Shown piece after piece: positions 62,822-64,000 of a DNA stretch of 64,000 nucleotides (position 1 is the stretch's first letter; the number at the start of each line of letters is the position of its first letter). The notes under the pieces are model-generated. The model was not told where the DNA came from. It made no database searches and saw only the letters and a program-made list of their open reading frames with translations. Source of the DNA: Candidatus Methanoperedenaceae archaeon GB37 (GTDB taxonomy: Archaea; Halobacteriota; Methanosarcinia; Methanosarcinales; EX4572-44); NCBI GenBank assembly GCA_905171695.1, contig LR991653.1:1550625-1614624 (forward strand), written 5' to 3'. Position numbers and translations under genes: made by a program.

Positions 62822-63708
62822 TCATACACCTCCTGATAGCGCGACCGTATCCACTGACTGAAGATGTTCATCACAAGCGTCATGGTGAAGAGCACCATGC
62901 CTATCACAAAGATCGTCTTGTAAGCGACACTCCCGGCAGGCGTGTCACCAAGACTCACCTGAACGATGTAAGCCGTCATCGTCTGGATGCTCTCAAAGAA
63001 GTTCAGCGTCATAACAGGTGTTGCACCTGCGGCAAGCGTCACAGCCATCGTCTCCCCAATAGCCCTTGAGACTGCGAGGATGAAAGAGGCGAGTATGCCT
63101 GAGAGCGCAGACGGCACAACCACCTTCGTTGTCACCTCGTACTTGGTCGAACCGAGCGCGTAAGCACCCTCTCGAAGAGAACGCGGCACACTCCTGAGAG
63201 CGTCCTCGCTCAGGCTAGAAACCATCGGCAGGATCATTATCCCAACCACGATACACGCACTCGCCGCATTGAAGATATCAGTCTCAGGAAGAACTCTCCT
63301 GATGAGCGGTGTTACGAACGTCACAGCAAAGTACCCATAGACTATCGTTGGCACGCCTGCAAGAATCTCCAGAAGAGGCTTCAAGAGACTGCGTACACGC
63401 TCGTGAGCATACTCACTTAAATATACAGCACTTGAAATGCCGAGTGGGAGCGCAATGATACTTGAACCGATGGCTACAAGGAGCGTGCCATTGACGAGCG
63501 GAAGCACGCCAAACCGCGGCGGCGTGAACATGGGAGACCACCGTGTCCCAAAGAGAAACTCGAAGACACTCACATCCCTAAAGAACGAAAGAGTCTCAGA
63601 GAGAAGTATGAAGACGATACCGATCGTAACAAAGATGGAGAGGGCTGCATAGAGAAAGAGAATGTGCTCGATCAATCGCTCCTTCAGCTTACTATAGCCA
63701 TTCACCAT
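62818..63708 (-). CDS. pstC: Phosphate ABC permease PstC
   Basis: [30 protein letters not shown]. Confidence 0.95.
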   Translation of the reverse strand: MVNGYSKLKERLIEHILFLYAALSIFVTIGIVFILLSETLSFFRDVSVFEFLFGTRWSPMFTPPRFGVLPLVNGTLLVAIGSSIIALPLGISSAVYLSEYAHERVRSLLKPLLEILAGVPTIVYGYFAVTFVTPLIRRVLPETDIFNAASACIVVGIMILPMVSSLSEDALRSVPRSLREGAYALGSTKYEVTTKVVVPSALSGILASFILAVSRAIGETMAVTLAAGATPVMTLNFFESIQTMTAYIVQVSLGDTPAGSVAYKTIFVIGMVLFTMTLVMNIFSQWIRSRYQEVYD

Positions 63709-63847
63709 TCGTGCACACAACCAGCCCAACAACTCTACCTCCCTGCACAAATACGTTTTCAAAAGCCACTCTCTCTGTGGGGGTAGGCTTATCTGGGGTG
63801 GGCGTCTTTTACTGGTTTAAAGAGATACTCTTTGAAGAGGGGTTCTT

Positions 63848-64000
63848 ATGCCGGTTGTCTCGCTTTATCTTGATGATCTGGAGAAGCTTCTTGGAGTCGA
63901 TCCAAGGCTTGTGGTTGAGCGTTTACCGATGATCGGTTCTGACGTGGAGCGGGTCTTGGACGATCGTGTGGATGTTGAGTTCTTCCCAAACAGGCCCGAC
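63848..64000 (+). CDS. pheT: Phenylalanyl-tRNA synthetase beta subunit (5' part)
   Basis: MPVVSL..DDLEKL...LPMIGSDVE......VEFFPNRPD. Confidence 0.88.
   Translation, partial: MPVVSLYLDDLEKLLGVDPRLVVERLPMIGSDVERVLDDRVDVEFFPNRPD

Noticed and set aside
1-64000. CRISPR array or rRNA genes
   Set aside because: No regularly spaced 25-40-nt repeats or rRNA-like sequence seen; the tandem duplications have only two units and no spacers.

Overview
Chromosomal window of a methanogen-related euryarchaeon. Split rpoB''/rpoB', ahb heme genes, cofD, a F420-dependent FrhB/FpoF-type gene, NrpR and tetraether synthase point to a Methanosarcinia/ANME-1/Syntropharchaeia-type organism (inference). Core blocks: tRNA-Lys followed by rpoH-B''-B'-A'-A''-rpl30e-nusA; ilvC-cysC-IMPase; Lsm-rpl37e; PolB; the oapABC/arvABC GTPase operon; an alpha-glucan catabolic cluster (two GH57, ACT/V4R, GH15); surE, hemD, moeA, cofD, pstCA and pheT. 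Accessory parts: an AT-rich restriction-modification island (about 18.7-27.6 kb) capped by stacked IS630/IS5/IS1634 elements; a second IS graveyard (about 48.3-51.1 kb); and a 2,041-aa surface protein with nested vWA domains. Most notable: (1) a KaiC-like ATPase / inactive-KaiC-small-GTPase fusion / Roadblock three-gene module; (2) a sawtooth G+T versus A+C strand skew that resets at intergenic sites regardless of gene orientation; (3) the RHH-nuclease/MTase-unknown-hsdS island, in which hsdS has one in-frame stop; (4) the nested vWA adhesin. No CRISPR array or rRNA was seen. All family calls come from motif recognition, not database searches.
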